Shown here: in pieces, positions 52,174 through 62,023 of the stretch
Position numbering within the stretch: position 1 is the first letter of the stretch
Layout: each line of letters starts with the position of its first letter
Made by a program: the position numbers and the translations under genes
The notes under the pieces: model-generated
The model's input: the letters and a program-made list of their open reading frames with translations, nothing else
Database searches by the model: none
Told to the model about the DNA's origin: nothing
Assembly (NCBI GenBank): GCA_021734905.1
Contig: JAIPIB010000001.1
Coordinates: 71,476 to 135,475 of the forward strand
Source: Minisyncoccota bacterium
GTDB lineage: Bacteria; Patescibacteriota; Minisyncoccia; Phycocordibacterales; UBA918
Direction of reading: 5' to 3'
Length of the DNA: 64,000 bases

Positions 52174-52884
52174 TTAATCGGTGAAACGGTATTTAATGAG
52201 AGTCCAAACTCCCTCGATGCCATCCCGCCAGTTTATTTTTTTCCCGTCGGCAACTGACCGTGGATAGTATGAGATTGGAACTTCATGAATTGGAATCTTT
52301 CTTTTGGCAATCTTCGCAGTTATTTCAGGGCAGAATTCGAAACCTGTACAGGCGAGAGGGATACTTTTGAGAAGGTTTGCTCTAAATACTTTATAACAGG
52401 TTGGTTCGTCAGTGATTCTGGTGTTGTAGAGAAGATTTGTCTGTATAGTGAGCACCATACCCCCAACATAAAACCAAAAACCTGAATATTGAGCATTCTC
52501 TTTCTTGAGTCTTCTTGAGCCATACACGACGTCCGCAGTGTTGTTTAGTATTGGTGCAATGAGAAGTTTAAAGTCCTCTGGGTCATATTCTAAATCAGCA
52601 TCCTGGATAATAATAATTGTACCAGTGCAGTGGGCAATTGCGGTACGAATTGCAGAACCCTTGCCCTGGTTTTTTTGCGATAATAATGTAATTGGTAGTG
52701 TTGGATTGTGAGCGATGAATGTCTCGACTTGCTCGATGGTTTGGTCAATTGAACCATCATTAACAATGATGATCTCCTTAGATACACCCATTGCCTCAAG
52801 ATCCACAGCGTGGATTTTTTCAAGGATCTTTTGGATCGTTGACTCTTCATTGTAAGCAGGGATTATAATTGATAGTCGATGCAT
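52174..52884 (-). CDS. GT2 polyprenyl-phosphate glycosyltransferase (DPM1/GtrB-like)
   Basis: IIPAYNEE, NDGS, GKG, QDADLEY, GSR. Confidence 0.92.
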   Translation of the reverse strand: MHRLSIIIPAYNEESTIQKILEKIHAVDLEAMGVSKEIIIVNDGSIDQTIEQVETFIAHNPTLPITLLSQKNQGKGSAIRTAIAHCTGTIIIIQDADLEYDPEDFKLLIAPILNNTADVVYGSRRLKKENAQYSGFWFYVGGMVLTIQTNLLYNTRITDEPTCYKVFRANLLKSIPLACTGFEFCPEITAKIAKRKIPIHEVPISYYPRSVADGKKINWRDGIEGVWTLIKYRFTD

Positions 52885-53035
52885 GAGTATTTCGTGAAAA
52901 TAAAGTGAGTGTGGCTAGTATATCACGCCTCTGTTTTTGAACGAGTATTCGCATACCACCTCTTTTGTGAGAGATGCTACTTTTCAACATTCTCAGATGT
53001 TATAGTGTTTGTCACTTAGAATAAATAAATTATAT

Positions 53036-54685
53036 ATGAATACAGAGCATGCTGATATCCTACATCTTCCGCGACTTAATCTGCGTGGAAGGCAACTCCA
53101 CGATCTTGAGGTGATGCTCGTGGGTGGATTTCTTCCTGTAACGGGATTTATGGATGAGGAGGATTATACTTCTGTAGTAGAGACAATGCGACTCAAAAAC
53201 GGTTCACTTTTTCCTATTCCGATTGTGCTCGATATTCCTGCAAAGAGTCCGTATGTCGTTGGCGACAAAATTTTGCTCTGTGATTCTTTTGGTAACCCCC
53301 TCTCAGTTATGGATGTCACCTCACGGTTTACACCAGATAAAAAAAGGGAAGCGCAGGCTGTGTATGGAACTGAAGATACTATGCATCCAGGGGTACAGTA
53401 TCTTTTCAGTGAAATGCATGACACCTACATTGGAGGAACACTATCGAAGCTTGCGCTTCCAATTCGAAACGACTTCAAACAATTTAGAAAAACACCGGAA
53501 GAACTTAAGGTTATATTTAAGGAGAAAGGATGGGACAGGGTTGTTGGTTTCCAGACGCGCAACCCAATGCATCGTGCACATTTTGAGCTTGTTAAACGCG
53601 CATATGAAAAAGTCGGTGCCCCCGTGCTCGTACACCCTGTTGTTGGGATGACAAAGCCTGGCGATATTGATTACGTGACGAGAGTTCGTACGTATAACAT
53701 TGTCTGTAATAGTTATGGAAAGGATTTTACGTATCTTTCCCTCTTGCCACTTGCTATGCGTATGGCAGGCCCACGAGAGGCCGTATGGCATGCGATTATT
53801 CGAAAGAATTACGGGTGTACGCATTTTATCTCTGGGCGCGATCATGCAGGTCCTGGCAAAGGGAGTGATGGAAAAGATTTTTATGGACCATATGACGCGC
53901 GCGATCTTGCACTTAAATATGCTGATGAGATAGGCATTACTATCATTGCATCTGATGAGCTTGCATATTCTAAGACGCGACAATCGTATGTCGCCGCTGA
54001 CGAAGTGACTCATGAAGATGAAATTGAGAATATTTCAGGTACTGAATTTAGAAGGAAGCTGCGTGAAGGTGAAGATATTCCCGAATGGTTTTCGTTTAAG
54101 GAAAGCATTGATATATTGCGTGAAAGTGTCCGAAAGGATATTCGACCCGGTGTCACTTTCTTTTTTACAGGACTCTCATGTTCTGGTAAGTCGACACTCG
54201 CCCAACTACTTCTTGCTCGTCTTCAAGAAATTCAAGATCGTGAAGTGACATTCCTTGACGGTGACGTCATTCGTGAAAATCTTTCAAAAGGCCTCGGTTT
54301 CTCAAAGGAGGATCGGGATGAAAATGTAAAGAGAGTTGGGTTTGTTGCTAGTGAAGTGGTGAAGCACGGAGGAATAGCCATTTGTTCACTTATTGCACCA
54401 TACCGTGATACGCGTCGATATGTGCGAAATATGATAGAGCACCATGGTGAGTTTATTGAAATATTCGTGAATGCGTCTGTTGATGAGTGTGCGAGGCGCG
54501 ATACAAAGGGTCTCTATGAAAAGGCCCGCAAGGGACTCATTAAGGGATTTACTGGTGTTGATGACCCATATGAAGAGCCTGAAAATCCAGAGCTCATTGC
54601 CTTGACTGAAGAAAATTCTCCGGAAGTAATTGTCGAAGAAATACTGAAATATCTACATGAACGTGAGATATTCAAGCGGAAGTAG
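53036..54685 (+). CDS. sat: Bifunctional sulfate adenylyltransferase / APS kinase (Sat-CysC)
   Basis: FQTRNPMHRAH, GRDHAG, ISGT. Kinase part: TGLSCSGKST, LDGD, KGLY, FTGVDDPYE. Confidence 0.93.
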   Translation: MNTEHADILHLPRLNLRGRQLHDLEVMLVGGFLPVTGFMDEEDYTSVVETMRLKNGSLFPIPIVLDIPAKSPYVVGDKILLCDSFGNPLSVMDVTSRFTPDKKREAQAVYGTEDTMHPGVQYLFSEMHDTYIGGTLSKLALPIRNDFKQFRKTPEELKVIFKEKGWDRVVGFQTRNPMHRAHFELVKRAYEKVGAPVLVHPVVGMTKPGDIDYVTRVRTYNIVCNSYGKDFTYLSLLPLAMRMAGPREAVWHAIIRKNYGCTHFISGRDHAGPGKGSDGKDFYGPYDARDLALKYADEIGITIIASDELAYSKTRQSYVAADEVTHEDEIENISGTEFRRKLREGEDIPEWFSFKESIDILRESVRKDIRPGVTFFFTGLSCSGKSTLAQLLLARLQEIQDREVTFLDGDVIRENLSKGLGFSKEDRDENVKRVGFVASEVVKHGGIAICSLIAPYRDTRRYVRNMIEHHGEFIEIFVNASVDECARRDTKGLYEKARKGLIKGFTGVDDPYEEPENPELIALTEENSPEVIVEEILKYLHEREIFKRK

Positions 54686-54892
54686 GTTTGATTTGGTGTA
54701 TAAAAAAAGCAAATCACCAAGTGCTTTATTGACGAAAGAGTTGACTTATTGCATTCAGAAGATTCTTTGTACAGGGTAGGGGTTGCCATGGTATAGTTTT
54801 TGTCATATGAGTTTTCTGCAGACTACTACATAAGGGGTGATGTTGTGGTAGATACAGAAACAAATGTTATTAATGATTAATTTCAAAATAGG

Positions 54893-57112
54893 ATGAAAGA
54901 TATTGCAAAAGGATTAGTGTACATGGGGATTTTTGCCATCCCTTTCATTCCGCTTATCATCTCTAATTCAATGTTCTTCCCATTTATTACTGGAAAGAAC
55001 TTCACATTCCGTATCCTTGTCGAAATCGTTTTTATTGCATGGATAATTCTCGCTGCGTATGAGCCAGCGTATCGACCGAAACGTTCGGCGATAGCGTTGA
55101 GTTTCCTTTTGTTTCTTGTTGTTATGTTTGTCGCTAATATTAATGGGCAATATCCATTAAAAAGTTTTTGGAGTAACTTTGAACGAATGGAAGGATACGT
55201 AACACTCGTACATACTTTCGCCTATATGCTTGTTCTCGGAAGTGTGTTTACGACCCAAAAAATTTGGGATAGGTATTTTATGACCATCATTGGTTCAGCA
55301 ATGATTCTTTCTCTGTACGCATTTGCACAGCTTTCTGGAAATATTGTCATCAATCAAGGTGGGGGACGACTTGATGGAACACTTGGGAATTCTGCCTATA
55401 TGGCAATCTACACGCTCTTCCTTATTTTTATAACATTTTTTATGCTGCTCCGAACTCAGAGCAAAGGCATGCGATATGGGTATAGTGCACTCATACTTCT
55501 CTTCATGTATTTATTACTGCAGACTGCCACTCGAGGAACAGTACTAGGTCTCGTAGGAGGTATGTTTATTGCTGTCTCTTATATCGCATTATTAATAAAA
55601 AGTCATCCACATGTACGTAAGTACGCAGTTGGTGGATTGGTGGCAATAGTAGCGAGTGTGACACTTTTCATTACATTTAAGGAATCTTCTTTCATTCAAG
55701 GAAATCCCTATCTCGCACGTATTGCAACTATTTCTTTAAAAGAAGGATCAAACCGTTTTGAAATTTGGAGCATGGCATTTGAGGGGGTAAAAGAACGTCC
55801 ACTTCTTGGATGGGGGCAAGGAAACTACAATTATGTCTTTAACAAGTACTATGAGCCTGAACTTCATGGGGGAGAAGCATGGTTCGACCGTGTTCATAAT
55901 ATTGTTATGGATTGGTTGATTGCTGGTGGATTCATTGGTGCCGTTGCCTATTTCTCAATTCTTGGTTCTGCAGTGTACTATCTTTTCTTCCGCCCACTCT
56001 TCAAGAAGGATGATGAAGCGTTTACTGTCGTGGAACGTGGAGTTCTCTTGGGAATTCTTGCAGGGTACACAGTACACAATCTCTTTGTGTTCGATAATAT
56101 TGTGAGTTATGTGTTTTATGGAACGATACTCGCATATATTCATTCACGGACAAGTACTGGTATTCCTGCACTTGAGCGGTGGAAGATCGATGTTCGTGTT
56201 GTTGAACAGGTAGTAGTTCCTGTTATGACAATCCTCCTTGTCATAACAGTCTACTTTGTAAATGTTCCAGCTATACAGGCATCGAAAGATATTATTAACG
56301 CATTCCGAGCAAAAGATCCGAATGAGATGCTTAAAAATTTTGATATTGCTCTTGCACGAAATTCGTTTGGAAATCAAGAGATACGCGAACAACTTACTCA
56401 ACGTGCGCAATCAGTCTTTCAAGATCCGAACGCACCAGAAGCATTAAAACAGAAGACGTTTAAACGTGTTGAAGAGGAGTTGCAAAAGCAGATAGAAGAG
56501 AAGCCCAATGATGCAAGAGTCGAGGTGTTTATCAGCTCATTCTATCGAATGACTAATAATCTTGATCAGGCGGTTACTCACCTTGAGAAAGCTCGATCAC
56601 TTTCCCCACGAAAGCAGCTCATTATCTTTGAGCAAGGTACGGTAGCATTGCAGAAACAGGAATTCGAGAAAGCTACAGAATTCTTTAAGGAGGCTTACGA
56701 ACTTGGACCACAGTTTATAGAGTCGCGTGTGTATTACGCAACCGCATTGGTTTATGGTGGGCAACTTGGGCTTGTTGGCGACCTTATCCAAACAGAAGAA
56801 CAGAAGAATGCCTTTGCAGTAAATGAAAATGCAGTTAGAGCAGTTTACCAGGCAAAAATGTATCCAATGCTTAAAGATATGTTTGCGCGACAAATTGTGC
56901 TAAATCCAAACAATGGACAAGTAAGAACGAATCTTGCGTATGTATTGAGCGAGACGGGAGATACTGCAGGAGCAATCGACGTCCTTACAAAGGCAGGAGA
57001 GGATATTCCAAGTTTCAAGGAACAGGCGGATCAATTTATAGCAACCATTAAAAATGAAGATCCTGCAACACCGACTGTAGAAATTAATGGGCAGAAAGTT
57101 CAGACTGAATAA
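54893..57112 (+). CDS. O-antigen ligase/O-oligosaccharyltransferase family protein with C-terminal TPRs
   Basis: GTLGN, TATRG, RPLLGWG, DRVHN, followed by TPR-like helices. Confidence 0.85.
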   Translation: MKDIAKGLVYMGIFAIPFIPLIISNSMFFPFITGKNFTFRILVEIVFIAWIILAAYEPAYRPKRSAIALSFLLFLVVMFVANINGQYPLKSFWSNFERMEGYVTLVHTFAYMLVLGSVFTTQKIWDRYFMTIIGSAMILSLYAFAQLSGNIVINQGGGRLDGTLGNSAYMAIYTLFLIFITFFMLLRTQSKGMRYGYSALILLFMYLLLQTATRGTVLGLVGGMFIAVSYIALLIKSHPHVRKYAVGGLVAIVASVTLFITFKESSFIQGNPYLARIATISLKEGSNRFEIWSMAFEGVKERPLLGWGQGNYNYVFNKYYEPELHGGEAWFDRVHNIVMDWLIAGGFIGAVAYFSILGSAVYYLFFRPLFKKDDEAFTVVERGVLLGILAGYTVHNLFVFDNIVSYVFYGTILAYIHSRTSTGIPALERWKIDVRVVEQVVVPVMTILLVITVYFVNVPAIQASKDIINAFRAKDPNEMLKNFDIALARNSFGNQEIREQLTQRAQSVFQDPNAPEALKQKTFKRVEEELQKQIEEKPNDARVEVFISSFYRMTNNLDQAVTHLEKARSLSPRKQLIIFEQGTVALQKQEFEKATEFFKEAYELGPQFIESRVYYATALVYGGQLGLVGDLIQTEEQKNAFAVNENAVRAVYQAKMYPMLKDMFARQIVLNPNNGQVRTNLAYVLSETGDTAGAIDVLTKAGEDIPSFKEQADQFIATIKNEDPATPTVEINGQKVQTE

Positions 57113-57167
57113 AGATTTTGAAGTAGCTATCCGCACCAGTGAATTTTAATGGAAAGATAGTGTGTAC

Positions 57168-58259
57168 ATGAATAATTTTAATATTCAACAAAATATTCCG
57201 CTTGCACAACATACCACGCTTGGTATTGGGGGCATGGCGGAATATTTTGTTGAAGTGAAAACAGAGTCTGAACTCATGGAAGCTCTCACATGGGCAGGTA
57301 ATCAAAATTTGGCCGTTACAGTCCTTGGTGGAGGATCGAATGTTCTTATTGCAGATGAAGGTGTGTCTGGTGTTGTCATTAAGATGAGTTGCGGCGGAAT
57401 TTTTTTTAAGGAAGATGATGATGGAGTAAGTATACTTGCTAGTGTGTCTGCTGGTGAATCATGGGACCGTTTTGTAGAAGCCACAGCTGAAAGAGCTCTA
57501 TGGGGACTTGAAAATCTTTCAGGTATTCCGGGACGCGTTGGCGCCGCACCAGTTCAGAATATTAACGCATACGGCGTTTCTGTAGGTGATGTGATTGAAC
57601 GAGTTCATGCAATCAATATTTCAACAAGAGAAAAAGTAATATTTACTAAAGAAGAATGCAAGTTCGCATATAGGGATAGTTTTTTTAAAACAGAAAAAGG
57701 AAGAGAGTACATCATTACATCTGTACAGTTTCGCTTAACTTCTCAGAACGACATACATACAACATATAAAAGTTCTTCACAAAGCATTGAGCAATATTTT
57801 TTGAAAAATAAAATTACCAGTCCGAATTCTGAAGACGTTCGGAGAGCAGTCCTTTTTGTTCGTAAAAACATCGGCATGCTTGATGGAATCTATAAATCAG
57901 CAGGGTCATTCTTTAAAAACATCGTCCTTGGATTTGAAGAATTCAAAGAACTCCAAAAAATTATTGCGAATGAATATCAAGATAAATCAGAAATATTTGC
58001 ACCATGGCATTGGATACTTGCAGACGGGACAGTGAAAGTTTCAACAGCATTTCTTATGGAGTGTACAGAATACAATAAAGCATATGGCACTAAAAGTAAG
58101 AATGGAGTAGTAGGTATTTCTCCGTTGCACACACTCTCAATCATCAATTATGGAAATGCGCGATCGAGAGATGTAAAAATTTTCTCTGATAATATTTGTG
58201 ATGTAATCCAAAAAAAATTTGGAGTTGAAATTGAAAAAGAAGTTTGCTATCTCGAATAA
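57168..58259 (+). CDS. murB: UDP-N-acetylenolpyruvoylglucosamine reductase
   Basis: LGGGSN, GLENLSGIPG, QNINAYG, FAYRDS, SAGSFFKN, EKEV. Confidence 0.93.
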   Translation: MNNFNIQQNIPLAQHTTLGIGGMAEYFVEVKTESELMEALTWAGNQNLAVTVLGGGSNVLIADEGVSGVVIKMSCGGIFFKEDDDGVSILASVSAGESWDRFVEATAERALWGLENLSGIPGRVGAAPVQNINAYGVSVGDVIERVHAINISTREKVIFTKEECKFAYRDSFFKTEKGREYIITSVQFRLTSQNDIHTTYKSSSQSIEQYFLKNKITSPNSEDVRRAVLFVRKNIGMLDGIYKSAGSFFKNIVLGFEEFKELQKIIANEYQDKSEIFAPWHWILADGTVKVSTAFLMECTEYNKAYGTKSKNGVVGISPLHTLSIINYGNARSRDVKIFSDNICDVIQKKFGVEIEKEVCYLE

Positions 58260-58453
58260 AATAATTTTATAAAAATATTTCATTCAAATTTTTTTTACAA
58301 AAATAATTATCCACACATTGTTTGAAATTTTTTCTTGTGTAATTTTTTCTATCACTGATAATGTAGTTAAGCAGATGTTCTCTTTGTACAAGCTCTTTGA
58401 GAAGAGAATAATGCGGTCGAATTGTTAATGGTAAAAATTTTCAATTTCATATC

Positions 58454-58621
58454 ATGCCAGCAAAAAAGAAAGTTGCCAAAAAAGTTGCTAAGAAAGTTGT
58501 AAAAAAGAAAGTTGCAAAAAAAGTTGCAAAAAAGACAACTAAGAAAGTAGCTAAGAAGGCTCCAGCAAAAAAGAAAGTTGCTAAGAAGACCGCAAAACGA
58601 AAGACAGCAAAACGAGCATAG
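58454..58621 (+). CDS. 55-aa Lys/Ala/Val-rich histone H1-like protein (not in ORF track)
   Basis: MPAKKKVAKKVAKKVVKKKVAKKVAKKTTKKVAKKAPAKKKVAKKTAKRKTAKRA. Synonymous variation among repeats. Terminator at 58649-58690. Confidence 0.8.
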   Translation: MPAKKKVAKKVAKKVVKKKVAKKVAKKTTKKVAKKAPAKKKVAKKTAKRKTAKRA

Positions 58622-58854
58622 TCTCAGGAGTAGCGTGTCTTCCAACACACAAAAACACTTTTCCATCGGAAAAGTGTTTTTGTTTTTTTTGGCAAGGTAT
58701 TTAAATTAAATTTCGCATACGAAACCTTTTAGATTAAGGTTTTTATAAGGATTTTCATTTGATCTGCCCATTTCTTATTAGGTAGGGATTCATGGTATGC
58801 TAGGTTACATTATTGTCGTAATGATTTTGAAAGAGTGTAGCGTAATGCGTATAT

Positions 58855-61398
58855 ATGTCATTTTTAGATAGATTTTTCAGTCCTCCATACGAAAGGGAAC
58901 TCAAGGAAGCGAAAGCACTTGTTCCTCAAATTAATGCTCTTGAAAGCGAAGTGTCAGTAATGAGTGACGAACAACTCCTTGGTCGTTCGGATGAATTACG
59001 TGAGAAAGTTCGAGAAGGAGAATCACTCGATAGCATTCTCCCGATTGCTTTTGCACTTGTGCGGGAGGTAAGTAAACGAACACTTGGTCAGAGACATTAC
59101 GATGAACAACTTATTGGAGGAATTATCTTGCATCGTGGAAAGATTACTGAGATGCGAACAGGTGAAGGAAAAACACTTGTCGGGACACTTCCTGCATATT
59201 TGAATGCACTTACAGGAAAAGGTGTTCATGTGGTGACGGTCAATGATTATCTTGCACGACGTGACTCGGTGTGGATGGGGCAGATATATGCAGCCCTGGG
59301 ACTTACTGTGGGTGTTACCAATCAGAATGGGTCATATCTCTATGATCCGGGACACGTTGATCAAGATGCGGTGCGTGACACGCTCGGATCATTTAAAGTT
59401 GTGTATGAGTTCCTTCGTCCATGTACGCGTAAAGAAGCATACGAGGCAGATATTACATACGGAACGAATAATGAATTTGGTTTTGATTACCTGCGAGATA
59501 ATATTGAGTTCGAAGTTTCAAATCTAAGACAGCGAGGGCATGCGTATGCAATCATTGATGAGGTAGACTCAATTTTGATTGACGAGGCGCGTACACCGCT
59601 TATTATTTCTGCGCCTTCTCAAGATTCTGAAAATTTATATGCTATGTTTGCACAGATTGCTGAGAGGCTTACGCTCGACAAAGATTATACTGTCGATGAA
59701 AAACTTAAAAGTGCAACACTTACTGACGCTGGTGTTGAGGCTGCAGAGAAGATGCTTGGTGTCGATAATATTTACACCGATAAAGGTATTAAGTATGTAC
59801 ATCATCTTGAGACAGCTGTTCGAGCAAAAGCATTATATACACGAGATAAAGAATACGTTGTAAAAGACAATGAAGTCGTTATTGTGGATGAGTTTACAGG
59901 AAGGCTCCAGCCAGGACGTCGGTGGTCAGACGGACTGCATCAGGCAATAGAGGCGAGAGAAGGTGTATCAATCCAAAAAGAATCCCACACATACGCCTCG
60001 ATTACTTTCCAGAATTATTTTAGGATGTACGATAAGATTTCTGGAATGACCGGTACAGCACTCACGTCACAAGAGGAATTTTATTCAGTGTATAAGCTTG
60101 ATGTTATACCTGTTCCGACACACAGAGATATAAAACGTATCGATCACAATGACCTCATTTTTCAAAATGAGCGAGGAAAAATAACTGCTATAATTAAAAA
60201 AGTAAAGGAGGTTACTGAGAAGGGGCAGCCGTTACTTATCGGAACAGCAGCGATCGATAAAAATGAGATGTTGAGCGTTGAGCTTACAAAAGCTGGTGTT
60301 TTGCATGAAATGCTTAACGCAAAGAACCATGAACGAGAAGGGGAAATTATTGCTGAGGCAGGAAAGAAAGGTCGTGTAACACTTGCGACAAACATGGCTG
60401 GTCGTGGCGTAGATATCAAGCTCGGTGGTATCAATGCGACAGAAGCAGAAGCAGAGGAAGTCAAAGCGCTTGGTGGACTTTTTGTCTTAGGAACTGAACG
60501 GCATGAAGCGCGACGAATTGATAACCAGCTTCGAGGACGATCAGGACGACAAGGCGACCCTGGAGAAACACAGTTCTATGTATCGATGGACGATTCACTG
60601 ATGCGTGTATTTGCAAATGATACGGTGAAAAATATGATGGGTAGGTTTGGTATCCCTGAGGATCAGCCAATTGAGAATAGTATGATCACGAGATCACTTG
60701 AATCTGCTCAGAAGAAGATCGAAGGATTCCACTTTGACTCCAGAAAGCATGTTCTTGCGTATGATGATGTCTTGAATCAACAAAGGCATATTATCTATAA
60801 AAAGCGGACAAAACTCCTCCATGGGTCAATTGACGACGTTAGAGAGCTCATAGGTGAGCTTGTGATGTTTATTCCAGAGATTGATACCGTTATTCAAGCT
60901 CGAGAGAAAGAATTTGGCCAGGAGAAATGGTATGAAATTATCCGAAGGCTCATGCTTCAGGTGAACGACATTCTTTGGGTAGAACATCTCGAGGTCATGC
61001 AGCACACACGTTCGAGTGTAAGCTTGCGTGCGTACGGGCAACAGGACCCACTCATTGAATATCGTAAAGAGGGAATGAGATTGTTTCGTGAGATGCAGGA
61101 AGTTTCTTTGCATAGAGTTGCTGAACTGATACCGACGGTTCGTATTGAAGCAGTCGAAAAAGAAGAGGAGGAGCTTAAGAAGGCGCAAGCGCATCTTGCG
61201 TTGGGAGGTGGAGCTCTTGAGACTGAGGTAAAGAACGGTCAGCGATCTTCGGGGATGCCTATTCATAAGGAAATGAAAGTTGGTAGAAATGAATTCGTCA
61301 CCATAACAAATGGTACCGAGACAGAAACAGTTAAATTTAAAAAAGCTGAAGAAAGACTCCGATCGGGTGATTGGAAAGTTGTAGAGAAGGTTGTATAG
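58855..61398 (+). CDS. secA: Preprotein translocase ATPase SecA
   Basis: MRTGEGKT, VTVNDYLA, DEVDSILIDEARTP, TNMAGRG, QLRGRSGRQGDPG. Confidence 0.97.
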   Translation: MSFLDRFFSPPYERELKEAKALVPQINALESEVSVMSDEQLLGRSDELREKVREGESLDSILPIAFALVREVSKRTLGQRHYDEQLIGGIILHRGKITEMRTGEGKTLVGTLPAYLNALTGKGVHVVTVNDYLARRDSVWMGQIYAALGLTVGVTNQNGSYLYDPGHVDQDAVRDTLGSFKVVYEFLRPCTRKEAYEADITYGTNNEFGFDYLRDNIEFEVSNLRQRGHAYAIIDEVDSILIDEARTPLIISAPSQDSENLYAMFAQIAERLTLDKDYTVDEKLKSATLTDAGVEAAEKMLGVDNIYTDKGIKYVHHLETAVRAKALYTRDKEYVVKDNEVVIVDEFTGRLQPGRRWSDGLHQAIEAREGVSIQKESHTYASITFQNYFRMYDKISGMTGTALTSQEEFYSVYKLDVIPVPTHRDIKRIDHNDLIFQNERGKITAIIKKVKEVTEKGQPLLIGTAAIDKNEMLSVELTKAGVLHEMLNAKNHEREGEIIAEAGKKGRVTLATNMAGRGVDIKLGGINATEAEAEEVKALGGLFVLGTERHEARRIDNQLRGRSGRQGDPGETQFYVSMDDSLMRVFANDTVKNMMGRFGIPEDQPIENSMITRSLESAQKKIEGFHFDSRKHVLAYDDVLNQQRHIIYKKRTKLLHGSIDDVRELIGELVMFIPEIDTVIQAREKEFGQEKWYEIIRRLMLQVNDILWVEHLEVMQHTRSSVSLRAYGQQDPLIEYRKEGMRLFREMQEVSLHRVAELIPTVRIEAVEKEEEELKKAQAHLALGGGALETEVKNGQRSSGMPIHKEMKVGRNEFVTITNGTETETVKFKKAEERLRSGDWKVVEKVV

Positions 61399-61416
61399 AG
61401 AGGAAACAAAGTAATT

Positions 61417-61457
61417 TAATTCAGGCCACATTTCCGAAGGAAATGTGGCCTGAATTA
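61417..61457. terminator. Hairpin after secA
   Basis: 19-bp perfect stem TAATTCAGGCCACATTTCC / GGAAATGTGGCCTGAATTA. Confidence 0.7.
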
Positions 61458-61551
61458 TTAACCAAACCAGAGAAATTAAAAGCTATAGACATATTTCCGT
61501 TATGTGGTATAATATAAAGAGATAAGAGATATAACATTGAGGAGGTGTGAT

Positions 61552-61956
61552 ATGACTTTTTGTTCATTACATGTGCCACAGTTTGACCACGTCGAGACGT
61601 TACGATTAAGGCTGCTTGCGCAAAGGCGTTTGAACGGGTGGAGAGGAAAAGCTTCATCACTTGTAAGTCAGGCAGTTCTCGCTGTCATGCGGGGAGTACT
61701 CGATCGTAAGGGGGTTACTCCAAGTGAGGGAGCTATTACCATAAAAGAAAGGAGAGGAAAAATACGACCTGAATTTATGGCCACGTATTTCTCGGGTGGG
61801 GCAACCGTGACGTTTCTCGTTATTCCTGACACTGAGCGTGCTTGTGCAAGTGTTCAGGTTCATTCATACGAGACACACGTTCTTGCCTTTTGGCTCGCAC
61901 TTGAGGTTGGTCAGGGGTGGACTGTAGAAAACCTCTACCATAGCTCAAATGAATAA
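61552..61956 (+). CDS. 134-aa orphan; SD-led cassette 8
   Basis: TAGACA-16-TATAAT (61486-61513). GAGGAGGTG precedes the ATG. Terminator at 61957-61988. Confidence 0.65.
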   Translation: MTFCSLHVPQFDHVETLRLRLLAQRRLNGWRGKASSLVSQAVLAVMRGVLDRKGVTPSEGAITIKERRGKIRPEFMATYFSGGATVTFLVIPDTERACASVQVHSYETHVLAFWLALEVGQGWTVENLYHSSNE

Positions 61957-62023
61957 ACCCGTCGGAATTTTTCCGACGGGTGTTTTTTATGGAAAACAAA
62001 CAGAAAAAGTATATACTAATAAT

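Noticed and set aside
58260-58450. oriC
   Set aside because: There is only one perfect DnaA box and no dnaA/dnaN context.
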